Part shown: in pieces, positions 44,616 through 60,360 of the stretch | Numbering within the stretch: position 1 is the stretch's first letter | Layout of the letters: every line of letters begins with the position of its first letter | NCBI GenBank assembly: GCA_000004695.1 | Contig: CM000152.2 | Location: 4,832,001 to 4,896,000, forward strand | Length of the DNA: 64,000 nucleotides | DNA from: Dictyostelium discoideum | Lineage: Eukaryota | Direction of reading: 5' to 3' | Made by a program: the position numbers and the translations under genes | Notes under the pieces: model-generated | What the model was told of the DNA's origin: nothing | The model's input: the letters and a program-made list of their open reading frames with translations, nothing else | Database searches by the model: none

Positions 44616-45448
44616 ATCTGATAAATAGTTTTGAATTGTTGATAAATGAGCACATCCATCATTCAACTTTAATGCTTTCAAAATTAATTCTATAAAAATA
44701 AAAAATAAAAAATAAAAAAAAAGTGGACATTAATGTCTTGAACAAAATTAGTATTGTTTTTTTTTTTTTTTTAATAAAACTTACTTTGGACTGAACTTAA
44801 AGATTGTTCCTCTTTTTCTTTTTCTGTATCCTCTGATTTCTGTAGTATTTTTAAAAAAAAGAAACCCAATCAATGATAATTTTGGTAATGTTGTTGTTGT
44901 TGTTGTTGTTATTATTGTTGTTGTTATTGTTATTGTTTTTATTTTTATTTTTGTTTTTGTTTTTGTTTTTGTTGTTGAGAATATAAGTTAATACCAAATT
45001 ATATTTATAGATCTAAAACAAAAAAATAAAATAAAAAAAAACAAAAAAAAAAAAAATATATAAAACAAAAAACTTGAAATTTCAGTTTTGAATGAGGAGG
45101 AATAAAATTAAACATACATCGTAATTATCATCGGAATGATAAGATTTTCTACTATTTTTAGTTTGTTCATCTTCTGTATTACTAAATTCTTCACCATGAC
45201 TTTTATCATCGTATTCATCTGCTGATGTATGATTATCACTATGTTCATTATTATTACTATCTTTAATATGATTTCTTCGTATGTTTAATTTGGTTATTGT
45301 TAAATCATTGGCGTTTGTATTGATATTAATATTAGATGGTTTAGTTTTTTTCCTTTTTTGTTCTTGTTGTTTTCTAAGAATCTCTTGAAAATAATTTACT
45401 GCTTCTGTTAAATTTGAATTATTATTACTATTGTTATTATTACTATTA

Positions 45449-45509
<61 letters not shown>

Positions 45510-45744
45510 TACTACTACTACTACTATTGTTGTTGTTATTAATATTTGATTTACAATCATCTATGTTTAAACATCCAATTACAACTGGTGCAACACTTAT
45601 AGTCGTAGTTGATAGAATTGAAGTTGCTGAACCATTTGATGATGTTGTTGTTGTTGTTGTTGTTGTTGTACTTCCACTGATTGAAACTGCAGATGCAGTT
45701 GTAGTTTCACTTATACTTCTAAATGGTTTACTCTTTTCTCTCAT
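44616..45744 (-). CDS. probable 5' exons of the same winged-helix gene: 45118..45744 (ATG at 45744, MREKSKPFRS...), 44785..44839, 44616..44689
   Basis: Minus ORF 45082..45744 ends at donor GTATGT (..SDDNYD|). A 278-nt intron leads to acceptor CTACAG and a 55-nt exon (KSEDTEKEKEEQSLSSVQ), then donor GTAAGT. A 95-nt intron leads to acceptor TTTATAG and a 74-nt exon (KLILKALKLNDGCAHLSTIQNYLSD), a second H15-like motif. Joining this to the core exon in frame requires a 27-nt intron (44589..44615, GTAGGT...TTTTAG), which is suspiciously short. Confidence 0.35.
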
Positions 45745-45745
45745 T

Positions 45746-45784
<39 letters not shown>

Positions 45785-46725
45785 ATCTTGATTTATTTTA
45801 ATATGGGTTGTGGTTGTATTGTGTTTGTTGTTGATTAGTTAAATAATACAAACTTAAAAAAAAAGGAAAAAAAAAAAAAAAAAAATTATAAAATTTATTG
45901 TGTTGCTTTTATTATTAAATAATTAACAATTATTATTATTATAAAAATAATATGTTATATAATTAATGTTTTTAGTGGTTGGAGAGTGGTGTGTGTGTTG
46001 AAAAATGTGTGTGAAGGATGGGTGAAATTTTTATTGTTGGTTGTTTTGTGTGGGTGTGTGTTAATAAATCTCGTTTACAGAATTTATATGTAAATTTTAT
46101 TTTTATATATTATTAAATGTTTTGAGATGTGAAAAAAAAAAAAAAAAAAATGAAAATATAACTGTACAAAAATATATAAAAATATTAAAAAAGAAAAAAA
46201 AAAAAAAAAAAAAACTATAAAATTTTATGAATAGATGGTAATTGGACTGAAAAAAAAGAAAAAAAAAAAAAAAGAAATCTACAAAGTGTATATATGATTA
46301 CAAAATATATGAACTTAAATTTAATATTTTTAATTTATATCTATTTCAATATCTTTAACAATAATGAATGAATGAGTGAATGAGTGAATGAATAATATTG
46401 AAATTAATTTAATACTAAATAGTAGAGTAGTTTTTGGTTTTGGTTTAATTAAAATTATATTATTATTATTATTATTATTACTATTATTACTATTATTTTC
46501 GTTTATATTGTTATTATTGGTGTTACAACTATTATTACTACTATTATTCATATATGATGTTTGAATAGCCAGCAAAAAAATATATTTTTGATTGTCTACA
46601 ATTTATAAGGTTTTATTTATTTTTATTTTTTAAAAGTTACACTAAAGGAACTATCAGTTTATGATAGTATGGAAGAGGTATGAGAGCAATCAAATGATTG
46701 AGCGTTGACAAAATGAATGTTGATT

Positions 46726-46978
46726 AAATGAATGAATGAATGAATGAATGAATGAATGAATGAATGAATGAATGAATGAATGAATGAATGAATGAATGAA
46801 TGAATGAATGAATGAATGAATGAATGAATGAATGAATGAATGAATGAATGGATTAATGAATGAATGGATTAATGAATGAATCAATGAATGAATGGATTAA
46901 TGAAATGAATCAATGAGTGAATGAATGAAAGTGAATTAGTGTATGAATGAATGAGTGAATGAGTGAATGGATGAATTA
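46726..46978. repeat. (TGAA)n tetranucleotide microsatellite, about 35 perfect units followed by degenerate units; a shorter copy lies at 46363..46392
   Basis: Read directly. Minus-strand ORF 46690..46884 (HSFIHSFI...) is an artifact of it. Confidence 0.95.
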
Positions 46979-47392
46979 TAATGAACTGAAATAGTAAAAA
47001 ATAAATAAAAAATGATTGATGTATTTAGTATCTAAAATAGAAAGAGGAAACAGGTTACTCTTTCTACTTTTTACTTTATTTTACTTTTACTATTTCCTTT
47101 TCTTTTCTGTTTTTTTTTTGGTTTTTTTTTTTTTTTTCTTTTTCTTTTTCTTTTTTTCTTTTTTTTTGATTAATTCTTTACTCTGGAAATTTGATCCAAA
47201 CAAGAAAATAATCACAGATTGCAAATATATAATATTGGTGTGCTTGTCCCAAAAAAAAAAGAAGAAAGAAAAAAAAAAATTATTTTGCTAGTACAGTATA
47301 TTATTTTTCTTTTTTTTTTTTTTTTTTAATTTTTTTAATTTTTTTGAATTTTTATTTTATTTTTTTTTTGTTTTTTTTTATTTTTTTTTTTT

Positions 47393-47429
<37 letters not shown>

Positions 47430-48175
47430 TTTTTTTTATTTTTTTTATTTTTTTTTATTTTTTTTATTTTTAATTTTATTTTTTTTTTTTTTCTTTTTTT
47501 TTTATTTTTCCTAATTAAGAAAACTAAATGATTTATGAAAATAAAAATAAAATTAATTCTAAAAAATATCAAATGGGCTTATTTGATTTTTAAAATTTTC
47601 TATTTAGTTTTCTTATTATTATTATTATTTTTACTATTTATTTATTTTATTTTTTTTTTCTCTTTTCATTTTTCTCAAAATTCCAAATTTTTTTTTTTTT
47701 TTTTTTATAATAATATGAAATAATTTTCATTGAAAAACAAAAACGCACCCAAATTAATTTTTTTATTTCAAAAAATTAATTTTATTCCAGTCCAAAAATA
47801 GTCCTGATTATTATTATTACTGTTTTTATTTATTTATTTTTTTTATTTTATGTTTTTTTTATTTTTATTTTTATTTTTATTTTTAAATCTTTTTCGCTGA
47901 TTGTTTTTTTTTTTTTTTTTTTTTTTTATTTTTTTTTTTTTTTTTTTGGTATTTGTTTGGTTCCAGTAGTATACAAATTTTTGGATATTTTTTTTAAAGA
48001 AAAAAAATATAAATTTAGGTGATTGATGCTTAGAAATTAATAACTTTTATCTATATAATGAAAAGGTATATGTGCTGTGTTTGAGAATTTTTTTTTTTTT
48101 TTTTTTTTTTTTTTGACGGATTTCCTCTTTTTCTCTTCAAAGAAAAAGAATATATATATCTCTAAATAAATAACC

Positions 48176-49555
48176 TTATCTTGGTGGAAGTGCTGGTGGA
48201 GCTGCTGGTCTTTGTGGTTTTGGTGGCGGAGTCATTCCATTTGGAGGAGTTGTCATTGGTCTTGGAGCACCAGGAACAGGTGGTGGACCAGGTCTTTGTG
48301 GTTTTGGTGGTGGACCACCATTTGGTTGTGTTGGAGGAGCACCTCCGACACCATTAATTGTTGAAACTGGACGTGGTGGCATATTTGGTTGACCTGGTGG
48401 TGGTGGTCTACTCATTGGTTGAGGTGGACCTCCATTTGAACCTGGTGGTGGTGGTCTATTCATTGGTTGTGGTGGACCGCCATTTGGACCTGGTGGTGGT
48501 GGTCTATTCATAGGACCGCCATTTGGACCTGGTGGTGGTGGTCTATTCATTGGTGGTTGTGTTGGACCTCCACCTGTACCTGGGTTAGGTGGTGGTGGTC
48601 TACTGATTGGTGGTTGTGGTGGACCACCTGGATTTGGTGGTGGTGGTCTACTAATTGGTGGTTGTGGTGGACCTCCACCGTTTGGACCTGGTGGTGGTGG
48701 TCTATTCATTGGTGGTTGAGTTGGAGGTCTTTGTGGTGAATTACCAGTTGGAACTGGTGGTGGTCTATTTTGAATTTGTGAAACTGGTCTTGAAGTTGGT
48801 GGTGCTGGTGCTGTATGCTGTTGTTGTTGTGGTGGTTGTGGTGGTTGCTGTTGTTGTTGATGATGTTGTGATTTAGCTGGTAATTTAATAACTGTAGTTG
48901 GCTTGCCGCCAGTTCCTTTCATTCCACCTCTAAATTGTGGAACTGGAGGAAACTCGTCTATCGATCTAAAACTCCATCTATCGGAGCCATCATATTCTTC
49001 TGACATATTGTTGCTATTACTATTTATTATTATTACTGATTTTCTTGGTGATGTAGTTGGTATTGGTGGTATTGGTGTCGCTGGATGAGCTGGATGAGCT
49101 GGATGTGCTATTGGTTTTGAAATTGGTACTTGAGGTCTATTTAAAGTTGGTGGAGGTGGTCTTTGATATGTTTGCTCCTGTTGTTGTTGGTGGTGATAAT
49201 AATCCTGTTCCTGTTGTTGTTGATGATGGTGTATTGGTGGTGGGGGTGGTGGTGGTTGACTATAGTGTTGCGAAATAGGTCTTGATTTTGGTATAGGTGG
49301 AGGTTGATGTTGTTGTTGTGGTTGGTGATGTGGTGTTGGTGGTGGTGCTGTTCTTGAACCTGTAGGTATTGATGGTGGTTGTTTCTTTTGTGGTAAAGTT
49401 GGTACACCTGTTGGAAATATTCCTCCTCTAAATGCTGATGATGATGATGATGATTTATCTGATGCTAAAACTGGTGCACTTTTATCTACTGTTACAGCTT
49501 TATTTAATTTTTTTCCTTTTTGGATTTGTGACAATAATGAATTTCTATCTCCCAT
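48176..49555 (-). CDS. wipA: WASP-interacting protein (WIP/verprolin) homolog, proline-rich, 459 aa
   Basis: N-terminal WH2 motif MGDRNSLLSQIQKGKKLNKAVTVDKSAP (verprolin/WIP signature LLxxIxxGxxLKKxV). Extensive PPPP/PPQPP repeats, including roughly 60-nt tandem DNA repeats at 48330..48720. The C-terminal WASP-binding-like segment is DGSDRWSFRSIDEFPPVPQFRGG. The symbol is given from memory of the Dictyostelium WIPa gene and should be verified. Confidence 0.8.
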   Translation of the reverse strand: MGDRNSLLSQIQKGKKLNKAVTVDKSAPVLASDKSSSSSSAFRGGIFPTGVPTLPQKKQPPSIPTGSRTAPPPTPHHQPQQQHQPPPIPKSRPISQHYSQPPPPPPPIHHHQQQQEQDYYHHQQQQEQTYQRPPPPTLNRPQVPISKPIAHPAHPAHPATPIPPIPTTSPRKSVIIINSNSNNMSEEYDGSDRWSFRSIDEFPPVPQFRGGMKGTGGKPTTVIKLPAKSQHHQQQQQPPQPPQQQQHTAPAPPTSRPVSQIQNRPPPVPTGNSPQRPPTQPPMNRPPPPGPNGGGPPQPPISRPPPPNPGGPPQPPISRPPPPNPGTGGGPTQPPMNRPPPPGPNGGPMNRPPPPGPNGGPPQPMNRPPPPGSNGGPPQPMSRPPPPGQPNMPPRPVSTINGVGGAPPTQPNGGPPPKPQRPGPPPVPGAPRPMTTPPNGMTPPPKPQRPAAPPALPPR

Positions 49556-50035
49556 CTTTTTTTTTTTTATTTTTTATTTTATTTTTTTTTTTTAATATAT
49601 TATAAAAAAAAAATTTTTAAAAATATTAATTATTAGTATTATGTTTTTTTTTTTTTTTTTTTGGTTGTTAATGAATTATTTTTTTATATATTATATATTA
49701 TATTTAAAACTATAGGCATATTAAAATAAAATGAAAAAAGAAAAAAAAAAAAAAAAAAAAAAAAATCCCAAAATTTTGAATTTAAGAGCGAGCAAAAAAA
49801 CAAAAAAAAAAAAAAAAAAAAAAGAAAATAAAAAAAAAATAAAAAATAAAAAAAAGAAAAAATTGTGATCTGAAAATGACGAATGAGTAAAAAGTATGAT
49901 CGATCTATTCGATGAATTAAATTATTAAAAATTTAGCCACCTTTCTGTTATATTTAATATTGGTATTTGTATTACTTTATTATACTATTATTATTAAAAG
50001 AAAAAAAGTTTTTGAAAAAGTATTTTTCTTAAAAA

Positions 50036-50069
<34 letters not shown>

Positions 50070-50590
50070 ATTCTTGTTTTTATTTAATTTTTCCTTTTTT
50101 TTTTTTTTTTTTCTCCTTAAAAAAATTATTAAGTGCATAGAAAGGGATATTGAAACAAAAAAAACAAAAAAAAAAAAAAAACAAAAAAGGAAAAAAAAAA
50201 AAAAAATTTAAAATAAAAAAAAATAAAATAAATAAAAAAATAATGAATTATAAAACAAATCTAAAAAAAAAAAAAATATAAAAAATGTGGAATAATGTAT
50301 CTTAAGACACATTGTTATATTAATGATTCTTTTTTTTTTTTTTATATATATATTTTTTTTTATTACTTACACAATTTCCTGAACTCTAAAGGAAAATATT
50401 TGAAATTAATATCTATCACTATCCAAGTATTGTTTAATTGCTATATTTCAATAAAAAAAAAAAAATACCAATTTAATAGCACTTTTCTTTAATTGAATTG
50501 AAAAAAAAAAAAATAATCTGAATAAATTTTAAAAAAATAAATATTAATTATTGGTATATTAAGGAATATCTTTAAATATATATATATAAA

Positions 50591-50631
<41 letters not shown>

Positions 50632-50770
50632 CAAACAATAATTTTTTTTTTTTTGATTTTTTTTTTTTTTTTTTTTTTAATTTGAAAAACATATGGGTGG
50701 AAAAGATAACCATTTTTTTTCTTTTTAATTAATTTTTTTTTTTTTTTTTTTTTGTTTTTTTTTTTTGTTT

Positions 50771-50810
<40 letters not shown>

Positions 50811-50920
50811 TTTACATTTATTATTGAAACACTGTTTTCTCTTTATTGATTTAAAAAATGATCAAACATAGGTTTGGTTTATATTATTATCCAAACTTAC
50901 CACTTGTTATTGAAATGAGC

Positions 50921-50952
<32 letters not shown>

Positions 50953-51471
50953 TAAAATTAAAAAAAAAAAAATTTAAAAAAAAAAAAAAGATTTTTTTTT
51001 TTCCAAAATTTTTTTTTTCAAATAAATCTTTTTTTGAACAATTTAAAAAAAAAAAAAAAAATAAAAAAATAAAATAAAAAAATGAAAAATAGATATATAA
51101 GCTTAGATTGAAACAATACCCACGGAAAAACACAACTATTTTCCAATCTTTTTATTCATTCACTTTTTTTTTAATTCATTTAATTTTTTTTTTTCTTTTA
51201 ATTATTAATTTTTTTTAAAATATGTGTAAAAAAAAAAAATAAAATATTAAAATTAAAACTAAAAAAAAAAAAAAAAAAAAAAAATTGAAATTGTTGTTGT
51301 GAAACTAGTTAAGTTAAAACACACGATTAATTATCTTTTTATTTATGATTTAAAAAATTATTTTATTTGTTTTTTTATTTGTTTTAAAAATCTTTTTTTT
51401 TTTTAAAATTTAATTTTTTTAAAATTTTTTTTTTTTTATTTTTAATTTATTTTTTCAATTTTTTTTTTTAT

Positions 51472-51513
<42 letters not shown>

Positions 51514-51726
51514 CTTTTTTTTTTTAAAATTGAAGAAACAATATAGAAATTCTATTTATACATAAAAATTTTATATATATAATATAAATAATATTTTCTT
51601 CTTTGTTTTGTCATACATACACAACCATTGTCCACTCCAAACAGATCATTTGTAAATTACATCCAAACCACACACACTCTCTCACTCACCCACACACCAA
51701 TAACACAACACATCTTATATAAAGAA

Positions 51727-52819
<1,093 letters not shown>

Positions 52820-52961
52820 ATAATGATAGTAAACGATTAACATCAATAATATAATAATAGTAATTATAATAATCAATTCAATTCAATCCAACTTAATAAA
52901 CAACCCCAATCCATCCCAAACCATGATAAAACAAAATTGAATTTATTGAACCCCCCAAAAC

Positions 52962-53000
<39 letters not shown>

Positions 53001-53507
53001 AAATAAAATAAAAAAAAAGCAAAAAATTGTATGATGAAATAAACTTTCCAACTATTTTTATTTGTTTTTGTTTATTTATTTTTTATTTCTTTACACAAAG
53101 AAATTAAAATATCTTACATATTAATATGTTTTGTATTGATTACAAATAAATTTATTTGAAAAATAAAAATGACTAAAAAACTTGAAAAAGAAATTCTGAT
53201 ATTTTTATTAATTTTTGATTGGGTGCTTTAAACTTTGATTCCACCATTCAAGTATTTTTAATCTAAACAATTAATGAAATTTCCATTAATCTTAATATTT
53301 TAATGTTTTGACAATAATACTAAATGAAATTTGTAAACATTAAAATTCAAAATATTAAAAATTTTCAATTTCCAATAAAATAAGTTTACCAAAACAGAAA
53401 CTGAGGTAAATAAAAAAATATGATGAATTTATCTAATTTTTTTTATTAAATTTGGTTTTTTTTAACTTTTATTTCTTTTCACAAGGAGAGGGAATTTCAC
53501 TTTGACT

Positions 53508-54302
53508 TTAAACACTTTGACTTGCACTTTGACTAGCGCTTTGACTTGCGCTTTGACTGGCACTTTGGCTTGAAACACTTTGACTTGCACTTTGATTTGC
53601 AGAACCTTGACTTGCAACACTTTGGTTTGCACTTTGACTAGCGCTATGATTAGCACTTTGACTAGCGCTTTGATTAACACTTTGACTGGATCCTTGGCTT
53701 GAACTTTGACTGGCACTTTGAGTGGCACTTTGACTGACTACACCTTGGCTTGAAATTTGACTGTCACTTTGACTTGCACTTTGACTTGGACTGTGACTAA
53801 CAGAATTTTGACACGAGACACTTTGGCTTCCACTAGCAACACTTTGGCTTCCACTTGCAACACTTTGGCTTCCACTTGCAACACTTTGGCTTCCACTTGC
53901 AACACTTTGACTTGCAGCATTTTGACTTGAGGCACTTTGGCTTCCACTTTGGCTTCCACTTTGACTTCCACTTTGACTTGCACTTTGACTTGCACTTTGA
54001 CTTGCAGCATTTCCACTTGAGGCACTTTGACTTGCACTTTGACTTGCACTTTGACTTGCACTTTGACTTGAACTTTGGCTGGCAGTGTTTTGACCTGAGG
54101 CACTTTGACTTTCACTTGATATGCTTCTACTATCAGTTTGGCTTCCAACGTTGTTACTACCGCCATTGCTTGAAGCACTTTCAGATTGCAATGAATGGCA
54201 TGGTGTAAATGAAGGAGTTTGAGCGCTGAGAGGTGACTCTGTGATAGCATTAATACAAAATACTGCAAACATTAAAACAAATAAATAAATAATAATTTTC
54301 AT
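53508..54302 (-). CDS. secreted low-complexity (SQSA)n repeat protein, 264 aa
   Basis: Signal peptide MKIIIYLFVLMFAVFCINAITESPLSAQ. The remainder is dominated by SQSA/SQSG/SQSVASG repeats encoded by 12-nt DNA repeats (CACTTTGACTTG-type). The opposite-strand and other-frame ORFs (53462..53728, 53738..54268, 53855..54208) are repeat artifacts. Confidence 0.7.
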   Translation of the reverse strand: MKIIIYLFVLMFAVFCINAITESPLSAQTPSFTPCHSLQSESASSNGGSNNVGSQTDSRSISSESQSASGQNTASQSSSQSASQSASQSASQSASSGNAASQSASQSASQSGSQSGSQSGSQSASSQNAASQSVASGSQSVASGSQSVASGSQSVASGSQSVSCQNSVSHSPSQSASQSDSQISSQGVVSQSATQSASQSSSQGSSQSVNQSASQSANHSASQSANQSVASQGSANQSASQSVSSQSASQSASQSASQSASQSV

Positions 54303-54689
54303 TTTTTTTAAGCTTTTATTTTTTTTTAATCTTTTTTTTTTAATATTTTTTTAGCTTTTATTTTTTTTAAATAAATAAAAGTTGTAATATTATAATATTA
54401 TAATAATATTTATATTTATAATATATATTATATAATCGAATGAAAATGAAATGAAAAAAAAAAAAAAAATTTTAGGATTAAATAGAGAAAAATAAAAAAA
54501 AAAAAAAAAATTAAATTAATAAATTATAAAACCAAAATTGGGAGAATAGTTTTATTTTAATTAATTAGTACAAATTTTTTATTTTTTATTTTTAGATTTT
54601 TTAATTTTATTTTTTTTTTTCCTAAAATGTTCAATTATATTAAAATTTTAATTAAAAGAGTAAATTTTGACTATATTTATAAATAAATT

Positions 54690-54723
<34 letters not shown>

Positions 54724-54864
54724 TAATTTTATTTTTTATTTGAATTTATTGATATTTATATAAAAAAAAAAGAAGATATTTAAAAATAAATCAAAGTATA
54801 AAAAAAAAATAATTGATGTATTGATAAACTTTGTTGTTTGTTAATTGATTATATTTGATTGATT

Positions 54865-55632
54865 TTATGATTGAATTGCAATATTTGGTAATGGATAAAT
54901 TCCATAAACATTTACATCTATCTCATTCTTTTGATAGTTGTTGATTGATACAGGGAAATGTAATTCACTTCTATTCATAATGAGTTGGGATGTTAACATT
55001 ACAAAAGCAGGTAATTGGTTTGGTAAACCAGTGATCACTAACCATCTATTGTTTAAAAGGTTTTTACAGTTGTTAACCAAATCATCACCATCATTTACAT
55101 TATTATTATTATTATTACAGTTACTATAAAAATAATCTTGAGATAAAAAATTTGCATCTTGATCATCAAATTCTAAAAATGTTTTAATTTGTTCTCTTGA
55201 AAAACCTATAAATGATGTATCCTTACTATTGTTGTTGTTATTATTATTACTATTACCATTATTTAAACAATCACCATTTGAAGTTAATTTAGTTGATAAT
55301 GATGGAATTGAATCGATATAATTCTTTAATACAAAAGGTTCAAATAAAGTAGAATCTTGAATTGGATCTTGAGTAAGGAAATAGTTTGATTCGATAGTTG
55401 TAGTTGTTTTTTTATTTGCATCACTGCTTGTTAGATCACCTTTGATTGTATATCTTAAAGAGAATGAGGTAATACCTTGAAACGAGTTGGTAACTCTTGC
55501 TTTACTTTGATGTATGGTATAAAAACCATTTGGTGTACCGGTTTTGGTATCACGAATAAACTTTATAAATCTTTTACAAATAACCAATGGAATTTTATTA
55601 CCCAATACTATAATAATAATAAAAAAAAAAAT

Positions 55633-55664
<32 letters not shown>

Positions 55665-55947
55665 CTTGTTAGTATTCTTTTATTTTTTATCTCTTTTTTT
55701 TATATTTTTTTATAAAATTACATACAATTACCAGTTAAGTCTGATGCACTTCTGTAGGTTGCACCTTGGTGGGATAAAGTTGAGTAAGATAAAAGGAGAT
55801 GTGGACATTTATTTAAGCCATTATTTTCGTTGTTTACTAAATTCTTAGATGAGTAAGCACTATTACAATATGGACATATAAATTCTATACCTGGAATATT
55901 ATTTAGGTTATTACCAATTACACCATTACTGCTGCTTCTTAAATTGA

Positions 55948-55993
<46 letters not shown>

Positions 55994-56149
55994 GATGGTG
56001 TTGTTATTATTATTGTTGGTAGCATTCCTACTACCACTACTACTATCGGAATTATTAGAATCTGTATTATTATCAATACTATCACTACTATTATTATTAT
56101 TATTACTACTGCTTTTATTATTGTTATTATTTGGAGGAGACATCGTCAT
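54865..56149 (-). CDS. hypothetical protein with polyN N-terminus and a CxxC...CxH motif; exons 55732..56149, 54865..55607
   Basis: Minus ATG at 56149 (MTMSPPNNNNN...GIEFICPYCNSAYSSKNLVNNENNGLNKCPHLLLSYSTLSHQGATYRSASDLTG). Donor GTAATT at 55731, 124-nt intron, acceptor TATTATAG. Exon 2 begins VLGNKIPLVICKRFIKF...; the track ORF at 55605 starts at TTG, not ATG. Family not recognised. Confidence 0.6.
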
Positions 56150-56719
56150 TATTTTTATTATTATAAAAAAGATAATAATAAAAAAAAAAAGTTAAATATT
56201 AAAGGGAGTTTTGTTGCATATAAAATTTTGTGAGACAAAAAAAAATTGAAATGAAAATAAAAAAAAAAATAAAATAAAATAAAAAAAAAAAACTCAAAAA
56301 AAAAAAAAAAATTTTAAAAAAAAAAAATTTAAAAAAAAAATTTTTTTTTGGTAAAAAGTTTCTTTTTTTGTCCTTTTCCTTTTATTATTATTTTATTTTT
56401 TTAAATTTTTTTTTTAATTTTTTTCTTTTTCCTATACTTATACTTGAGTCAATTTTCCTTTTTATTTTTTTTTTATTTTTTATTTTTTTTTATTTTTTTA
56501 TTTTTTTTTATTTTAAAATTGATCAAATAAGATATTAATCTTTTTTTTGTTGGGATTTTTATTTTATTTTTAATATTTTTAATATATATTTTTTTTAAAT
56601 TGTTTAAAATTTATTTAAATTTATTAATAACCAAAATGGAGATAAAATATTTCAAAAACATTCAAAACCATCAATATTAAATTTATCATATTTTTGAATT
56701 GGAATTCCAATTTAATTTC

Positions 56720-56760
<41 letters not shown>

Positions 56761-56981
56761 AAATAAAAATAAAATTAAAAAAAATAAAAAAATTTCAAAA
56801 AAAAAAAAAAAAAAAAAAAAAAACAAAAAAAAATAAAAAAAAAAAAAATATTTACTTATTTTTTATTTTTTTTATTTTTTTAATTTTATTTTTCCATAAT
56901 CATTTCAAGAAAAAGAAGAGCAAAAAGGATCAAACAAACAAAAATAAAAAAATCATCAAACAAAAACCATTAAAAAAATAA

Positions 56982-57019
<38 letters not shown>

Positions 57020-57094
57020 GAAGAACCACATTAAAATTAATTTTTTTTTTTTTTTATTTTGTCTCCCTAGAAAAAAAAAAAAATTAATAAAGAG

Positions 57095-57365
57095 ATGGAT
57101 ATATTTGACAGTACAATTACATCTTTTGAAGATTTTCCATCTGAACGTTTCAAAGAGCAATTAGAATCCCTCACCTATGAATCAATAGAAAGAGCTAGCC
57201 AATTCGTGTTGGAGAACCTTCCATGCATAGATGATTTATTCGATGTTTTGCTAAATAGAATGAGAAAGGTAAAGTATTTGTAACGATGACACCAATATTT
57301 GTTACTATTATTCAATATAAATAGATTGTGTTATAATGTAATTTAATCACCATATATAATTCAAA

Positions 57366-57402
<37 letters not shown>

Positions 57403-57787
57403 AAAAAAAAAAATTATCACACACAATAATTCCATCTTTTGTAGAAAAATATAGAGGTTTTTCATAGAAAATAAAAGGTTCCTTATTTTTATAATTGATA
57501 ATAATAAAAAAAAGAGGTTGTTTAAATTCAATAGGAGACTGTATTAAAAAAAAAAAAAAAAAAGGGAAAATTCAACAATAAAATTTATTATTATTTATTT
57601 ATTTATTTTTAGGTCTTTTTTTTTTTTTATTTGAATATTTTTTATAATAGAAAGTAGTTTTAATTGAAATTTGATTTTAAAATTTCATTTTAATATAAAT
57701 AAGAAGAAAAAAGAATAAAATAAAGAGAAAGAATTAAAATGGCATGCCTCATTATAATAATCTCTATATTTTCATTTCCAATTATTA

Positions 57788-57824
<37 letters not shown>

Positions 57825-57964
57825 AAAATAAAGGTAAAAAAAAAAAAAAAAAATATTAATATAAAATCTATTTATTTATTTATATTTGTTTTTTTTATTT
57901 TTTTTTTTATTTTTTTATTTTATTTTTATGCCCATTCGTTTTCATTATTATTATTATTATTTTT

Positions 57965-58015
<51 letters not shown>

Positions 58016-58665
58016 GTTATTATTATATTTTATAGAGTGCATATCATAAAAGATTATTATTTTTTAATTTAATAGATTGTATATGTATTGGTTGTAGTAG
58101 AATAGAAAACGATGTATATAAGAAATTTATAATAAACAATGTGGATGAAATAATACCGTTGATTTTACCAGATGATAATTTAGAAGTAAAGAAAAAGAAT
58201 AGAGAAACAATTGAAAGAATAATAAGATCATGGTCAAATAACCATGTTTTCAATGATACATTTATATCGAGAGCTTTCTCAATTCTATCTGGTGTTGCAA
58301 AAGAATCGAGATCAATTTGTCCAAACCTTTCAGAGAAAGAAATCGCCCGACTATTAAAAAGGATGGAAGAAAAAAGAAAAGATCAAAACAAGAAGAGGCT
58401 TGACCTTGAAGATTCTCATCCTCTTGATGAATTTTTAGAATTATGGTTTAATTTTAATTTAGATAATTCATCATCATCATCATCATCTTCATCCTCATCA
58501 TCATCCTCATCATCGACAACAACAACAACAACTACTACATCAGAACTATCATCTATATCGACATCATTAAATAGTATTAGGACCAATAGTAGTTGTAGTA
58601 ACAATAATTTACAAATAGATATAGAAATTATCGAAAAAGAAAAAGAAAAACAAAAAGAACATTAA
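57095..58665 (+). CDS. CID (RPR) domain protein, RPRD1/SCAF-like; exons 57095..57279, 58101..58665
   Basis: Exon 1 MDIFDSTITSFEDFPSERFKEQLESLTYESIERASQFVLENLPCIDDLFDVLLNRMRKVKY(L). Exon 2 IENDVYKKFIINNVDEIIPLILPDDNLEVKKKNRETIERIIRSWSNNHVFNDTFISRAF... This is colinear with human RPRD1B (..VWHRELRKAKSNRKLTFLYLANDVIQNSKRK...CKKPLERLLNIWQERSVYGGEFIQQL). Donor GTAACG at 57280. Acceptor is the tandem TAGTAG at 58096-58100 (NAGNAG; both choices are in frame). The intron is about 820 nt, very long for this genome. The track ORF start at 58141 is GTG. Confidence 0.6.

Positions 58666-60360
<1,695 letters not shown>

Noticed and set aside
44616-44689. Reading through the T12 run at 44599..44610 without an intron
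   Set aside because: T11, T12 and T13 versions all run into stops within 10 codons, so a simple homopolymer error does not rescue a continuous ORF. This leaves the 27-nt intron or a split gene.
46726-46978. Regularly spaced short repeats considered as a CRISPR-like array
   Set aside because: This is a simple (TGAA)n microsatellite with no spacers, and the genome is eukaryotic.
57283-57360. Box C/D snoRNA at the 5' end of the long CID-gene intron (CGATGAC)
   Set aside because: The C box is imperfect (CGATGA) and there is no CTGA D box or terminal stem within 150 nt.
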